Source: Squalus acanthias
Taxonomy: Eukaryota
DNA: 64,000 nucleotides
Direction of reading: 5' to 3'
Assembly: GCA_030390025.1 (NCBI GenBank)
Contig: CM059431.1
Span: 100,752,001-100,816,000, forward strand
The position numbers and the translations under genes are program-made. The notes below the pieces were generated by a model, which was given only the letters and a program-made list of their open reading frames with translations, was not told the DNA's origin and made no database searches. The stretch's first letter is position 1, and each line of letters opens with the position of its first letter. Shown here piece by piece: positions 1 through 11,859 of the stretch.

Positions 1-1625
1 TGAATCGGGGATAGGGACTCAATAAAATTAACGTAAGTAAAATAACAGTAATGAAGAAAATAATGGCACTAAAGAGTGACAAATCCCCAGGACCAGATGG
101 TTTCCATCCCAGGGTTTTAAAGGAAGTAGGTGAGCACATTGCAGATGTTCTAAGTATATAATCTTCCAAGTTCTCTAGATTCAGGAACCGTTCCTTTAAA
201 TTGAAAAATTGTGCACGTCACTCCGCTATTTAAGAATGGCGAGAGAGGGAAACCAGGGAATTATAGACCAGTTAGCCTAACATCTGTTGTGGGGAAATTG
301 CTAGAGTCTATAATTAAGGATAGGGTGACTGAACACCTCGAAAATTTTCAGTTGATCAGAGAGAGCCGGCATGGATTTGTGAAAGGTAGGTCATGCCTGA
401 CAAACTTGATTGAATTTTTTGAAGAGGTGACTAAAGTAGTGAACAGGGGAAGAATGTCTATGGATGTTATTTATATGGACTTCCAGAAGGCATCTGATAA
501 AGTCCCACATAAGAGACTGTTATCTAAGGTAGAAGCCCACGGAATTGAGGGCAAATTATTGACCTGGTTAGGAAATTAGCTGAATGGCAGGAGACAGACA
601 ATAGGGATAATGGGTAGGTCCTCAAATTGGCAGGATGTGACTAGTGGTGTCCCGCAGGGATCTGTGTTGGGGCCTCAACTATTCACAATATTTATTAACG
701 ACTTAGATGATGGCATAGAAAGTCATATATCCAAATTTGCCGATGACACAAAGATAGGTGGCATTGTAGGCAGTGTAGATGAAAGCATAAAAATACAAAG
801 GGATATTGATAGATTAAGTGAATGGGCAAAACTGTGGCAAATGGATTTCAATGTAAGCAAATATGAGGTCATCCACTTTGGACCTAAAAAGGACTTTCTA
901 AATGGTGAAAAGCTCAAAACAGTGGAGGTCCAAAGAGACTTGGGGCTCCAGTTACATAAAAAATCATGAACAGGTACATAAAATGTCATGAACAGGTACA
1001 GAAAATAATCAACAAGGCTAACAGAATGCTAGCCTTTATATCTAGAGGACTAGAATACAAGGGGGTAGAAGTTATGCTGCAGCTATACAAAGCCCTGGTT
1101 AGACCACACCTGGAGTACTGTGAGCAGTTCTGGGCACCACACTTTAGGAAGGATATAGTGGCCTTGGAGGGAGTGCAGCGTAGGTATACCAGAATAATAC
1201 CCAGACTCCAAGGGTTAAGTTACAAGGAGAGATTACACAAATTAGGGTTGTATTCCCTAGAATTTAGAAGGTTAAGGGGTGATTTGATCGAAGTTTTCAA
1301 GATATTAAGGGGAACAGATAGGGTAGATAGAGAGAAACTATTTCCACTGGTTGGGGATTCTAGGACTAGGGGGCATAGTCTAAAAATTAGAGCCAGACCT
1401 TTCAGGAGTGAAATTAGGAAACACTTCTACACACAAAGGGTGGTAGAAGTTTGGAATTCTCTTCCACAAACGGCAATTGATGCTAGATCAATTGTTAATT
1501 TTAAATCTGAGATTGATAGCTTTTTGTATGAAGGGGTATGGGCCAAAGGTCACAGATCAGCCATGATTTCATTGAATGGCAGAACAGGCTTGAGGGGCTG
1601 AATGGCCAACTCCTGTTCCTATGTA
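1..1625 (+). mobile_element. CR1-clade LINE, ORF2 reverse transcriptase and 3' end (disrupted; continues off window start)
   Basis: Broken ORFs 211-579, 610-969 and 966-1601 carry CR1 RT motifs NYRPVSLTSVVGKLLE, RHGFVKGRSCLTNL, GVPQGSVLGP, KFADD and LYKALVRPHLEYC...RRLRGDLIEVFK; 3' end gggctgaatggcc..ctcctgttcctatg. Confidence 0.95.
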
Positions 1626-1754
1626 TGTTCAATTTATACCACAGAGATTTATCGTCCTCTTGATTCTTTAAAATTTAAATATATGTGTTTTCTCTTAGCA
1701 AACAGCTCTTTTACAGTGGAAGACTGAATTCCATTAGATCATATTCAACGATCA

Positions 1755-1826
1755 TTGGACGAAGGGTTCGACCCGAAACGTTGACTCTGTTTCTCTCTCC
1801 TCGATGCTGCCTGACCTGCTGAGTGT
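1755..1826 (+). mobile_element. Penelope-type terminal-repeat remnant, split by the LTR (resumes at 3527-3552)
   Basis: gacgaagggttcgacccgaaacg...gatgctgcctgacctgctgagtgt continues after the LTR as gtgttgccagtattttctgttgtt; matches uninterrupted copies at ~20597-20705 and ~50364-50465. Confidence 0.65.
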
Positions 1827-3526
1827 TGTAGAATTCGCAATATATCGCGATTTTGTTAATAAGGAGAAAACACAGAGTTTCGTTCAAACAGCTTTTATTT
1901 CAGCAGAATGCTGGCAGGTTTAAAGTGGACACAAGCAGCCTGTAAAATGGCCGCCGCACCTCGTGACAGAACATTCTAGACTTTTCAACAGGCAGACAAG
2001 ATGGCGTTCCAATAAACATTTGTGCAAGATCGATTAAGATTCAGCACAGTGAAGATAATACACGAGACATTATGGGTTTGCAGTATAAACATAGATACTG
2101 GAATCGGTCTCCCAGGTACAAAGGAAAGCCATTGTACCGAGTAATCAAGGGCCCATCCAAAAGACATTAATATGTAAAATCCCAACGACTCTACGATGAG
2201 AGAGCCGTTAGCAGGTAGTTATACAGGACACTTGGAAGCCCCAAACCCCTCCAGGGAGAACACCGACCGATTTAACAATGGGAGAAATATTAACAGGTAC
2301 TCAGACATTTACGAGTAGCCCCGAAACCCATTAAGAACGGAGATCACCCATACAAGACATTTGGGCGCCAAACCCTAAACAAAAGAATGGACATTATAGT
2401 TGGGCGGGAAACGGAAGATTTTGCACTATAATTGCAGGCTCCAAACCGTCCATTCTCTCTCTTGCTCCTGTGTTTTTATCCGGCCGATTCGTAACCTCGT
2501 GGCTGCTCCTGTGTACTCGTAGTTGGGCTTCTGCTTGCCTGTTGCCTCTTCTGAAAAGACTGTTGAACTTTCTGATCCGTTTCGGATCTACCTCGTGTCG
2601 CATAACAAAGACCTATGTTGGTAACTGGCAGCGGAACCGAAGGCCCGAGATGAGATGAGATGAGATGAGATGAGATGAGAAGAGAGGAAGACCATATCCA
2701 TCGCCACGGTCAGTAAATCCCGACCGCGCCTGTAGGTCGATTAGCCAAGTTTTTCCTCGCCAGGAAGACTTCTTTGAACTTATAACGAAACATATTGCAT
2801 CGATGATAACTGGACTGTGCCCAAAGTAACTGGAACGTGAAAACATATCGTAGCGACGATATCGATAACTGTGCTCCAAGAGTACCTGTTAAGCCAACCA
2901 ACACAGGTCTTCATCACAGCAGACGGTCCAGCCTGCTAGCCGGAGCAGCAGAAGCAAGTAAACAAGTGGGACCAGGAGATCTCCTGACCGACACGTGGGT
3001 GCTGCGGTGAAAAACATCCGATCAGCTATTCGGAATTTCTCCGAGTTATCACGAGTGGTGAGCATGAGTCTCGAGATCCTACGAATCTAGTTTAGGATAG
3101 ATATTGATAGGGGAGGGTTTAAGGATTAAGGATATTTGTAATGTGTGCCCCTATTTACTTTGTGCCGTTCGTTCCTCATTTCCCTAAGATCGACTACATA
3201 ACTGTTTGTAAGATTGTACTGTCATTAATCTGTGCTTATGACATGTATTTCATAATTTTAAGTATCATGCAATAAAGATTTTCCATTTCGTACCAGTCAA
3301 ACCAAGCCTACATGAGTTTTATCTCCATTACTGCTCTCGCATCTAAGTCCAGTGTCTAGAACCGTAAGGGAGAGTGATTCGAACCACTCACAGGTGTGTC
3401 TAGTGTTCCCAGACTGGCTGGAGACCAGAACAGGCAGCAAGGCCTAGACCCGCACTGACATACAGGCTGCACAGAGCCGCGTGAATCTCACAGGCCGCGA
3501 GACACGCAGGGTCAGAATCCCTTACA
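1827..3526 (+). mobile_element. Solo LTR (1,700 bp) of an LTR retrotransposon or endogenous retrovirus
   Basis: Begins TGTAG, ends CTTACA; 4-bp TSD GTGT at 1823-1826 and 3527-3530; interrupts a repeat that rejoins across it; TATAAT near 2425 followed by a pyrimidine run; AATAAA at 3271; CpG-rich. Confidence 0.85.
2647..2680. repeat. (GAGAT)n microsatellite inside the LTR
   Basis: Six full GAGAT units plus GAGA. Confidence 0.95.
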
Positions 3527-4164
3527 GTGTTGCCAGTATTTTCTGTTGTTAGTCCACCAATCATTAGTTCAGTAGCAGGCGAACTGCGGTTTGCATTCTG
3601 ACGGTTGTTCTGGGCTAGCAGAGAGGCTTTGATAGATTGTTGGATCCATAAACTCAAAGGAGTCAAAATCTTGAAGAAAGCTCAGTCCTGCTTACTACTC
3701 CATTGTTCAATCTCCTAAACGATCTCTTGCACCTGGACTCAATACACACTGAAGCAATGCAGAACAATAGAGTATTAAAAGTAGCCGCATCCATGCCAGA
3801 TTCTACCCTGGACAACACTAGAGTGATGTGGCCAGGTTACTGGTATGGTGAGAGTAACTCTTGCTTAAAGTAGACTTCTGCATTCATATCAGGAGTACAA
3901 AAGCTGCTGCAGCTGCATCACAACATTTTGCATTAATCCAGAAAGTTCACACAGTCAAGCAAGCTTGACATTACATTTCCAGTGCCTTGGGCACTCTTTC
4001 CCAGGCAGGAGTGGTTCCTACTCTCTGTTCTTTTTACGCAGAGATATATACTCAGAATTACAATCTCTTGCTGAACCAGAGCTGCTGGAGCATACATTAG
4101 GTTATGGGAAATATGTGAATTGCCCTTGGTGCTTCAGTACAAGTTCTCCAATTTCTTCAAAAAG

Positions 4165-4330
4165 AAAAGAAAGAAATCAAGAACTTGCCTTTCACGACCT
4201 CCGGACGTCCCAAAGCACTTTACAGCCGATGAAGTACTTTTGAAGTGTAGTCACTGTTGTAATGTAGGAAACGTGGCAGCCAATTTGGGCTCGGCAAGGT
4301 CCCACAAACAGCAATGTGATAATGACAAGA
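4165..4330 (-). mobile_element. DeuSINE/SacSINE1-like SINE, 3' part
   Basis: Reverse complement of the SINE 3' region shared with full-length copies such as 22252-22720. Confidence 0.85.
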
Positions 4331-4515
4331 TACCTCCCTACCTCTCTCTCCTCCTTTAAGACGTTCCTTAAAACCTACCTGTTTGAGCAAGCTTTTGGTC
4401 ACCTGTCCTAATATGTCTTTATGTGGCTTGGTGTCAAATTTTGTCTGATTACGCTCCTGTGAAGCGCCTTGGGACGTTTTACTACATTAAAGGGGCTATA
4501 TAAATGCAAGTTGTT
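4330..4515 (+). mobile_element. L2-type LINE 3' tail
   Basis: ccttaaaacctacc..tttgagcaagctttt...gaagcgccttgggacg...ctatataaatgcaagttgtt, the same tail as at 12480-12640. Confidence 0.75.
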
Positions 4516-4529
4516 ATTGATGATACGTT

Positions 4530-6070
4530 TTGAGGGATAAATATTGCCCACGACAATGGGAAAACTCGACTGCTCTTCTTCGAATAGTGCCATGGGATCT
4601 TTCTTCTTCACTTGAGAGCGCCAATATCTCGTCCAAAAGACAGCACCTCTGACAGTGCAGCGCTCCCTCAGTACTGCCCCTCCGACAGTGCAGCACTTCT
4701 TCAGTACTGCCCCTCCGACAGTGCGGCGCTCCCTCAGTACTGCCCCTCCAACAGTGCAGCACTCCTTCAGTACTGCCCCTTCGACAGTGCAGCGCTCCCT
4801 CAGTACTGCCCCTTCGACAGTGCGGAGCTCCCTCAGTACTGCCCCTCCGACAGTGCGGCACTCCTTCAGTACTGCCCCTCCGACAGTGCGGCGCTCCTTC
4901 AGTACTGCCCCTCCGACAGTGCGGCGCTCCTTCAGTACTGCCCCTCCGACAGTGCAGCACTCCCTCAGTACTGCCCCTCCGACAGTGTGGCGCTCCCTCA
5001 GTACTGCCCCTCCAACAGTGCAGCGCTCCCTCAGTACTGCCCCTCCGACAATGCGGCGCTCCTTCAGTACTGGCCCTCCGACAGTGCAGCGCTCCCTCAG
5101 TACTGCCCCTCCGACAGTGCAGCGCTCCCTCAGTACTGCCCCCCGACAGTGCAGCACTCCCTCAGTACTGCCCCTCCGACAGTGCAGCACTCCTTCAGTA
5201 CTGCCCCTCCAACAGTGCAGTGCTCCCTCAGTACTGCCCCTCCGACAGTGCAGCACTCCTTCAGTACTGCCTCTCCGACAGTGCAGCACTCCTTCAGTAC
5301 TGCCCCTCCAACAGTGCAGCACTCCCTCAGTACTGCCCCTCCGACAGTGCAGCGCTCCCTCAGTACTGCCCCTCCGACAGTGCAGCGCTCCCTCAGTACT
5401 GCCCCCCGACAGTGCAGCACTCCTTCAGTACTGCCCCTCCAACAGTGCAGCACTCCCTCAGTACTGCCCCTCCAACAGTGCAGCACTCCTTCAGTACTGC
5501 CTCTCCGACAGTGAAGCACTCCTTCAGTACTGCCCCTCCGACAGTGCAGCACTCATTCAGTACTGCCCCTCCAACAGTGCAGCGCTCCCTCAGTACTGCC
5601 CCTTCGACAGTGCAGCGCTCCCTCACTACTGCCCCTTCGACAGTGCGGAGCTCCCTCAGTACTGCCCCTCCGACAGTGCGGCACTCCTTCAGTACTGCCC
5701 CTCCGACAGTGCGGCGCTCCTTCAGTACTGCCCCTCCGACAGTGCAGCACTCCTTCAGTACTGCCCCTCCAACAGTGCAGCACTCCCTCAGTACTGCCCC
5801 TCCAACAGTGCAGCACTCCTTCAGTACTGCCCCTCCAACAGTGCAGCACTCCTTCAGTACTGCCCCTCCGACAGTGCAGCACTCCTTCAGTACTGCCCCT
5901 CCGACAGTGCAGCACTCATTCATTACTGCCCCTCCGACAGTGCAGCACTCCTTCAGTACTGCCTCTCCGACAGTGCAGCACTCCCGCAGTACTGCACTGG
6001 GAGTGTCAGCCTAGATTATGTGCTCAAGTCTCGAGAGTGGGGCTGGAACCCGCGAGCTTCTGACTCAGAG
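4530..6070 (-). mobile_element. DeuSINE/SacSINE1-like SINE with an internal minisatellite expansion
   Basis: SINE body (4530-4650) and tRNA-like head (5995-6070) flank the 33-bp array in register. Confidence 0.85.
4644..5995. repeat. 33-bp minisatellite, about 41 copies (cagtactgcccctccgacagtgcagcgctccct)
   Basis: Contiguous tandem units with no spacers; 11-aa periodicity in all overlapping ORFs (QYCPSDSAALP / STAPPTVQHSF). Confidence 0.97.
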
Positions 6071-6649
6071 TCACGGATGACACCTTTTGGCTCCGAGCAA
6101 TTGCTGGAACCAAACCTAGTTACAGTTATCTGCCAGTGTACCCTGCTATTATGTAAAGCAATACAAAAAACTACTATTCGGCAGGTCAGTAAAAATTGGA
6201 CTTGTATTGGATGGAACTGATCCTATAAGGTTTCATTTCCGAGGTGGACTGTTTTACTGTATAAATAATCTGCACATGTATTGGGTGGATAATATCAGCA
6301 TGTTTTGATGACACCATACTGGGGAGTACGGCAAACTGTGATGAGCGTGGCAAAAGTCTGCAGGAGGACATAAGACAGGCTAGCAGTATGGGCAGATAGG
6401 TAGCAGATCCACTTAAATGGTAAGTTTTTTAATGGATTAGAGGCACCTCCAGGCACCTAGAGGCAAGTAATAAGATCAGACCATCAAAAGATCACGAGAA
6501 GCCTTGATTTTGTATCCAGGGGTATAAAATATAAAACAAGAAAGTAATGTTGAACTTGTACAAGATCTTAAGAATACATTTGGAATATTGTGTAAATTCT
6601 GGGCACCCCAATCCAAAAAGGATATAAAAAACAATGGGAATGGCACAAC

Positions 6650-7510
6650 AAAACAACAGCAACTTGTATTTATATAGCACCTTTAACACAGTAAAACGTG
6701 CCAAGGCACCTCACAGGTGTGTTACCAAACAAAATTTGGCACCGAGCCACATAAGGAGATATTAGGTCAGTTGGTCAAAGTGGTAGGTTTTAAGGAGCGT
6801 CTTAAAGGAGGAGAGAGGTAGAGGCGGAGAGGTTTAGGGAGGGAATTCCAGAGCTTAGGGCCCAGGCAGCTGAAGGCATGGCCGCCAATGGTGGAGCGAT
6901 GAAAATCGAGATGTGAAAGAAGCCAGAATTGGAGGAGCGCAGAGATCTCGGAGGGTTGAAGTGCTTGGAGGAGGTTACAGAGATAGGGAGGGGTGAGGCC
7001 ATGAAGGGATTTGAAAACAACAAGGCGCTTCACAGGAGCATTATCAAACAAAATTTTACACCGAGCCACATAAGGAGATATTAGAGCAGAAAGAGGTAAG
7101 TTTTAAAGAGCGTCTTCAAGGAGGAAAGAGTGGTAGAGGCGGAGAGGTTTAGGTTGGGAATTCCAGAGCTAAGGGCCTTGGCAGTTGAAGGCACGGCCGC
7201 CAATGGTGGAGTGATTAAAATCGGGGATGCGCAAGAGGCCAGAATTGGAGCAGCGGGGAGATTTTGGAGGATTGTAGGGCTGGAGGAGGTTACAGAGATA
7301 GGGAGAGGAGAGGCCATGGAGGGATTTGAAAACAAGGATGAGAATTTTAAAATTGAGGCGTTGCCGGACTGGGAGCCAAGGTAGATCAGCGAGCACAGGG
7401 GGTGATGGGTGAACGGGATTTGGTGCGAGTTAGGATACGGGCAGCAGAGTTTTGGATGAGCTCAAGTTTACGGAGGGTGCAAGGTGGGAGGCCAGCCAGG
7501 AGAGTATTGG
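6650..7510 (-). mobile_element. L2-type LINE 3' region (two adjacent 3' segments)
   Basis: Minus-strand ORFs with L2 C-terminal motifs LxWLPVRQRLNFKILILVFKSLHGL..PYL and GGRAFS..GPKLWNSLP; a second copy restarts near 7022. Confidence 0.85.
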
Positions 7511-8282
7511 AATAATCATGGATTCATGAACATGTTAGCAGGGATGAGGGGTTGCAGTTATGAAAAGAGACACAAGAAGTTAACACTTTTCTCACTGAAA
7601 CCAGCCATAATAATATCTGTTGCTTTAACTTGAGATTGTGATGCATTTTTTCATTATAATTGCTAATATTTACAAATAATTAACTCTTATGTGCGTGAGG
7701 CTGTTTTAAGTTGTATTTGGACGGTAGTCTGTACAAGAGCCAAGGGTTTGTTACATTTGCACAAAGTGAAAGAAGGCATACACCTGGAAGGTTAAAAATG
7801 ACATGTGATATGAGCAATTTCAGAGATGTCTAGATTAATTCATTCCCTGTCCAATTATTATAGTCATGTAATAACATGTCATAATTCACATCATCCCAAT
7901 AACTCACTCACTTAACACCACAGGTTTTTTTTGATTAGTACTGAAATCCCAGATGAACCACGGTAATGCTAAGTAATTCTGATCAACCTATTATACCACA
8001 GACTGTGCAATTGAATACAGAGTCTCTGATGAGTCACATCAATGCTGACAAGCACCTGCCAAAATCTCAGGTCAACAATTGCACACAAAAGACAGCCCTG
8101 GCAACCGAGCAAGCTGTCGCACTGGGATCAAAAAATAACTAATGCTGAAATACATTTTAGAAATCAGTGAAATTATTTAATATAATAGTTTATACCAAAA
8201 CCTACAGCTATAAAATTGGTCTGCCTGAATTACTGACTCCACACCACCCCCACCACCGGGGCAACGGTTTATAAAAAGCAAT

Positions 8283-9044
8283 GGCCCATATTTTCCGATG
8301 CCTACGGGTGTGTACGAGCTGTGTAAACACCCGTAGAGACATCGGAAATGCCGGTTTCAGGCATGCGAAGCGCAGGCGCTGAAAACCGGCATTTCCGATC
8401 TGTCAAGAATGCTCTTGACAGATCGGACGCCTGCCCTGGAGAAGGGCCTCTGCGGGCGGATAGTTCCACTTTCTGGAGAACCTCCGCCTGCTGAAAACCC
8501 TTCGAAATCTTACGCCTGGTAAAAGCAGCGTAAGGCCTGTTTTTACCAGCATAAGAGTTGAAAAAAAGTAAAAAAAATAATTTTTTTCCACTCATTTATA
8601 ATTTAAAAATACTTTTAAAAAAGGTAAGTTTATTTTTAGCCCCGTAAAAAACTTTAATTATTTTTTCAAAAAATTTAATTTTTGTTCAAAATATTTAATT
8701 TAATGTAATTTTAACTCATTTTAAAAACGTGATGGTTTTTAAAAAATGTATTTAATGTTTCAGTGTCTTTTTGGGGTGATCTCCATTCATACTTTTGACG
8801 GGTCTATCTGTCAAAATTATGAAGGGAGATTCCCTTCTCCGATTGGCTGGCCTGGCCCACGTGATCCCAGGGACGCTTGCGAACCACCTGCGCCCCTGGG
8901 ATACGTGGGCCCTGCGCATTTCAACTGTGGACAGGCCCAGGAGCGGAAGTGTCCGGACCTCGGGAGCCCTCAGGTAAGAGCGTAGATTTTTTTCCGACAG
9001 GAGGCATCCGCACGCGGGAAGCCTCCTATCGGAAATTACGGGCC
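8283..9044. mobile_element. Non-autonomous TIR element (Harbinger/PIF-like MITE)
   Basis: TIRs ggcccatattttccgat / atcggaaattacgggcc (14/17 match); flanks aat / tat; GC-rich hairpin arms around an AT-rich core. Confidence 0.75.
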
Positions 9045-9281
9045 TATATGTTAGATAAGCACTTCAAATCACTTGGAGACCCTGAATCACATACCAGTAA
9101 TACGGCAGGGCAGGGTACATAATTGCTTCCTGGTGGTAAACTTACATAAGCATGTTGACTGAGTTGCTGCCAGTTGTAACAGCCATTCTCAACTGGAAAT
9201 TTGCTGCAATAGCAATGTGCATCAGGATCATGTGGTGCCACACAAGCATGTTCTGGTGATTGAAGGCAGGGTTGCTGCTGT

Positions 9282-9540
9282 AGAATCATACAGCACAGAA
9301 GGAGGCCATTCGGCCCATTGTGCCTGTCCCCGCTCTTTCAAAGAGCTATCCAATTAGTCCCACTCCCCTCGCCCTTTCCCCACAGCCCTGCAATGCAAAT
9401 GGTTCCCCCTTCAAGTATTTATCCAATTTCTTTTTTGAAAGTTACCACTGAATCTGCTTCCACCGCCCTTTTCAGGCAGCGCGTTCCTGATCATCACAAC
9501 TTGCTACGTAAGAAAATGTCCCCTATCTCGCCTCTTGATC
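9282..9540 (-). mobile_element. CR1 LINE 3' fragment
   Basis: Reverse CR1 tail (tagaatcatacagcacagaaggaggccattcggccc); similar copy at 62970-63200. Confidence 0.85.
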
Positions 9541-10639
9541 TTGACAATGAATTTACAGACCAATGCCACAAAGCAAGAACTAAATTAGGTTTCCAAAAAA
9601 ATATAAAAAATGAGTTCTGCCGCTTATGTAATGATCTGATCACAGCTAGAACGCGGGTGGTGCAAGACCATCTCTTGGAGGTGGTCTCACTTATTTCACC
9701 AGAATGAGAAAATGGGACAGCACCAAAGAGCTTGTGTAATTCTGAGACTGCTGGAGAAGCACTGTTGAACAGAGACCAATGATGACATGCCCATGAAGGA
9801 ACAGCATCTCCCCTCTTGCTTCTTCTTTAACCTTTCCCTCATTCCTTCTGCACTGTGTGTGCCAACTAAGGGCAGATTGGATACAGTTAAGCGATGCCCA
9901 ATATTTCTTTGCTGGCTTGATAGTGTTGAAATAAGTTGTATTGGGTATCCTTATTAATCTTGAAATCCTGCACTCTCAACCAATTTCCTTATATATTTTT
10001 AACACCATGTAATATGCCCACGTGTTGAATTTCCTTTTGTGCGAAATAACTTGTTTTTTTTTTAACTTCATCCTTATTTGTTCAGCAAAACACAAAATAC
10101 CTCAGATAAATGAGCTAGCCTGTTATCGCAATCTGATCGACCCATTGTATATTTCCGGGTTTTTTTCTGTTTGTAACTCAGATAACTACCAGCTCCCAAA
10201 CCACTATTCTCTCCTTCAGCTACCCTAGTAACTCACAAAAGGCAAACAGTGACATGTGCGAAGCTACAATTAAAAATATACTTGGTTGGAAGGCGGGCCA
10301 GAGAACAGCTTTCCCCTCCGCCCTCCCCGATCCCTCATCTCTTAAAGATAGTGGGCGCAACTTCCAACTTCGACCAGGGCGTAAAAGGGACGATATCGGA
10401 TCAGCCGCTCGTTATACCCGCCCCCCCCCCGATCGAAGGTAATGGAAAGGAAAATTGGGACGAGTGTAGAACAAGCGATCGATCTGAAATTGATTATTTT
10501 ATACACCCAGCGAGTGACGCTTCTGTTGGGTTGCCATCCACAAATGCTCCGCCCCTTTCAGTACCTTGCCCGCCCATTCTTAATGAGTGACCTGAGACCG
10601 CAGGTGGTACTGAACTATTTGACTGTGGGAAGCACCAGT

Positions 10640-10875
10640 ATCCAGCCTTGCCCTGTTCCCACCCAGCATTCACACAAACATGCAGCATGCGTCATTGGAC
10701 AGCAATCAAGATCAGAAACCCTCACCAATTTTTCCCCGTTCCTCGGCACAGGATGCTGAAACCTATTGTTGTGCCCCGACACCCTGGCTAAGGTCAGCTA
10801 ATTCTACAAAGGCAAGAGGTTAAACCTTGAACACTCTTGGACTGTGTGGCTCACTGCTTTTATCCACAGACCCAT
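10640..10875 (-). mobile_element. Old tRNA-derived SINE (AmnSINE2-like), degraded
   Basis: Reverse-strand similarity to the copies at 18015-18380 and 42150-42560. Confidence 0.45.
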
Positions 10876-10949
10876 AAGGGGAGCTAAGTCACAAGTTCAG
10901 ATCCACTATTCCTCATTTGATAAGATTCAGACTGCAGTTTGAGAACAGC

Positions 10950-11482
10950 TTACATAGAATATACAGCACAGAAACAGGCCATTTGACCCAACTGGTGTTT
11001 ATACTCCACACGAGTCTCCTCCCACCCCTCTTCATCTCACCCCATCAGCATATCCTTCTATTCCTTTCTCCCTCATGTGTTTATCTAGCTTCCCCTTAAA
11101 TGCATCTCTGCTATTCGCCTCAACCACTCCCTGTGGTAGCGAGTTCCACATTCTCACCACTCTCTGGATAAATAAGTTTCTCCTGAATTCCGTATTGGAT
11201 TTATTACTGAACATCTTATATTTATGGCCCCTAGTTCTGGTCTCCCCCACAAGGGGAAACATCTTCTCTACGTCTACCCTATCAAACGCCTTCATAATTT
11301 TAAAGACCGCTGTTAGGTCACCCCTCAGCCTTCTCTTTTCTAGAGAAAGAACCCCAGTCTGTTAAGTCTTTCTTGATAGTTGTACACTCTCAGTTATCAT
11401 CAGCCTTGTGAATCTTTTTTGCACCTTCTCCGGTGCCTCTACATCCCTTTTGTAATAAGCAGACCAGAACTGCGCACAGTAC
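10950..11482 (-). mobile_element. CR1 LINE 3' fragment
   Basis: ORF 11032-11295: FPLVGETRTRGHKYK...RVVRMWNSLPQGVVEA. Confidence 0.9.
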
Positions 11483-11859
11483 TAAGTTGAAGAATGGTAA
11501 TGGCAAAGGTTAGGAGCCATATCAGCTGACTAATATCTAGACCAATGGAAAGGTACACAAAGCTGATGGGGGAGGGAGAGAAAGAATTGTTAAAAGAACT
11601 ATGAAAGGAGGGAGAACAAATAGAACATGGGTTTTACTTACTGCAGAATTAATGGCTCCATACATGCAGATTTGTAAGACTACTGGGTCTCTCCTTAAAT
11701 ATTATTGTTTTAATTGTTTTTCATATCGTTTTCAGCCCTCATCACGAATTCTAATCTCTTGCCACTGATTCATCCTGAGAGGGGATCAGGCAGGGGGAGA
11801 CAGTCAGACTATTCAAAACCTCAGCATCCTGTTCAACCTGGGCTGAGGAATAGATCCCA

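Noticed and set aside
1985..3400. Short ORFs within the LTR as viral accessory genes
   Set aside because: All are under 90 aa, overlap a microsatellite or regulatory motifs, and show no recognisable domain
4020..4105. Plus-strand acceptor ctctctgttctttttacgcag followed by DIYSELQSLAEPELLEHTL
   Set aside because: Weak donor (gttatg), no partner exons on +, no recognised family
4644..5995. CRISPR-like array (33-bp periodicity, partly palindromic unit)
   Set aside because: Units are contiguous with no unique spacers, there are no cas genes, and the context is a vertebrate SINE
4408..6220. Long ORFs (300-521 aa) on both strands resembling mucin-like or Cys-rich proteins
   Set aside because: They arise from a stop-free 33-bp tandem unit derived from a SINE and are open in several frames on both strands at once
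9146..9282. Possible minus-strand exon ending at gtaagt
   Set aside because: The acceptor is supplied by a CR1 tail, and neither open frame is recognisable
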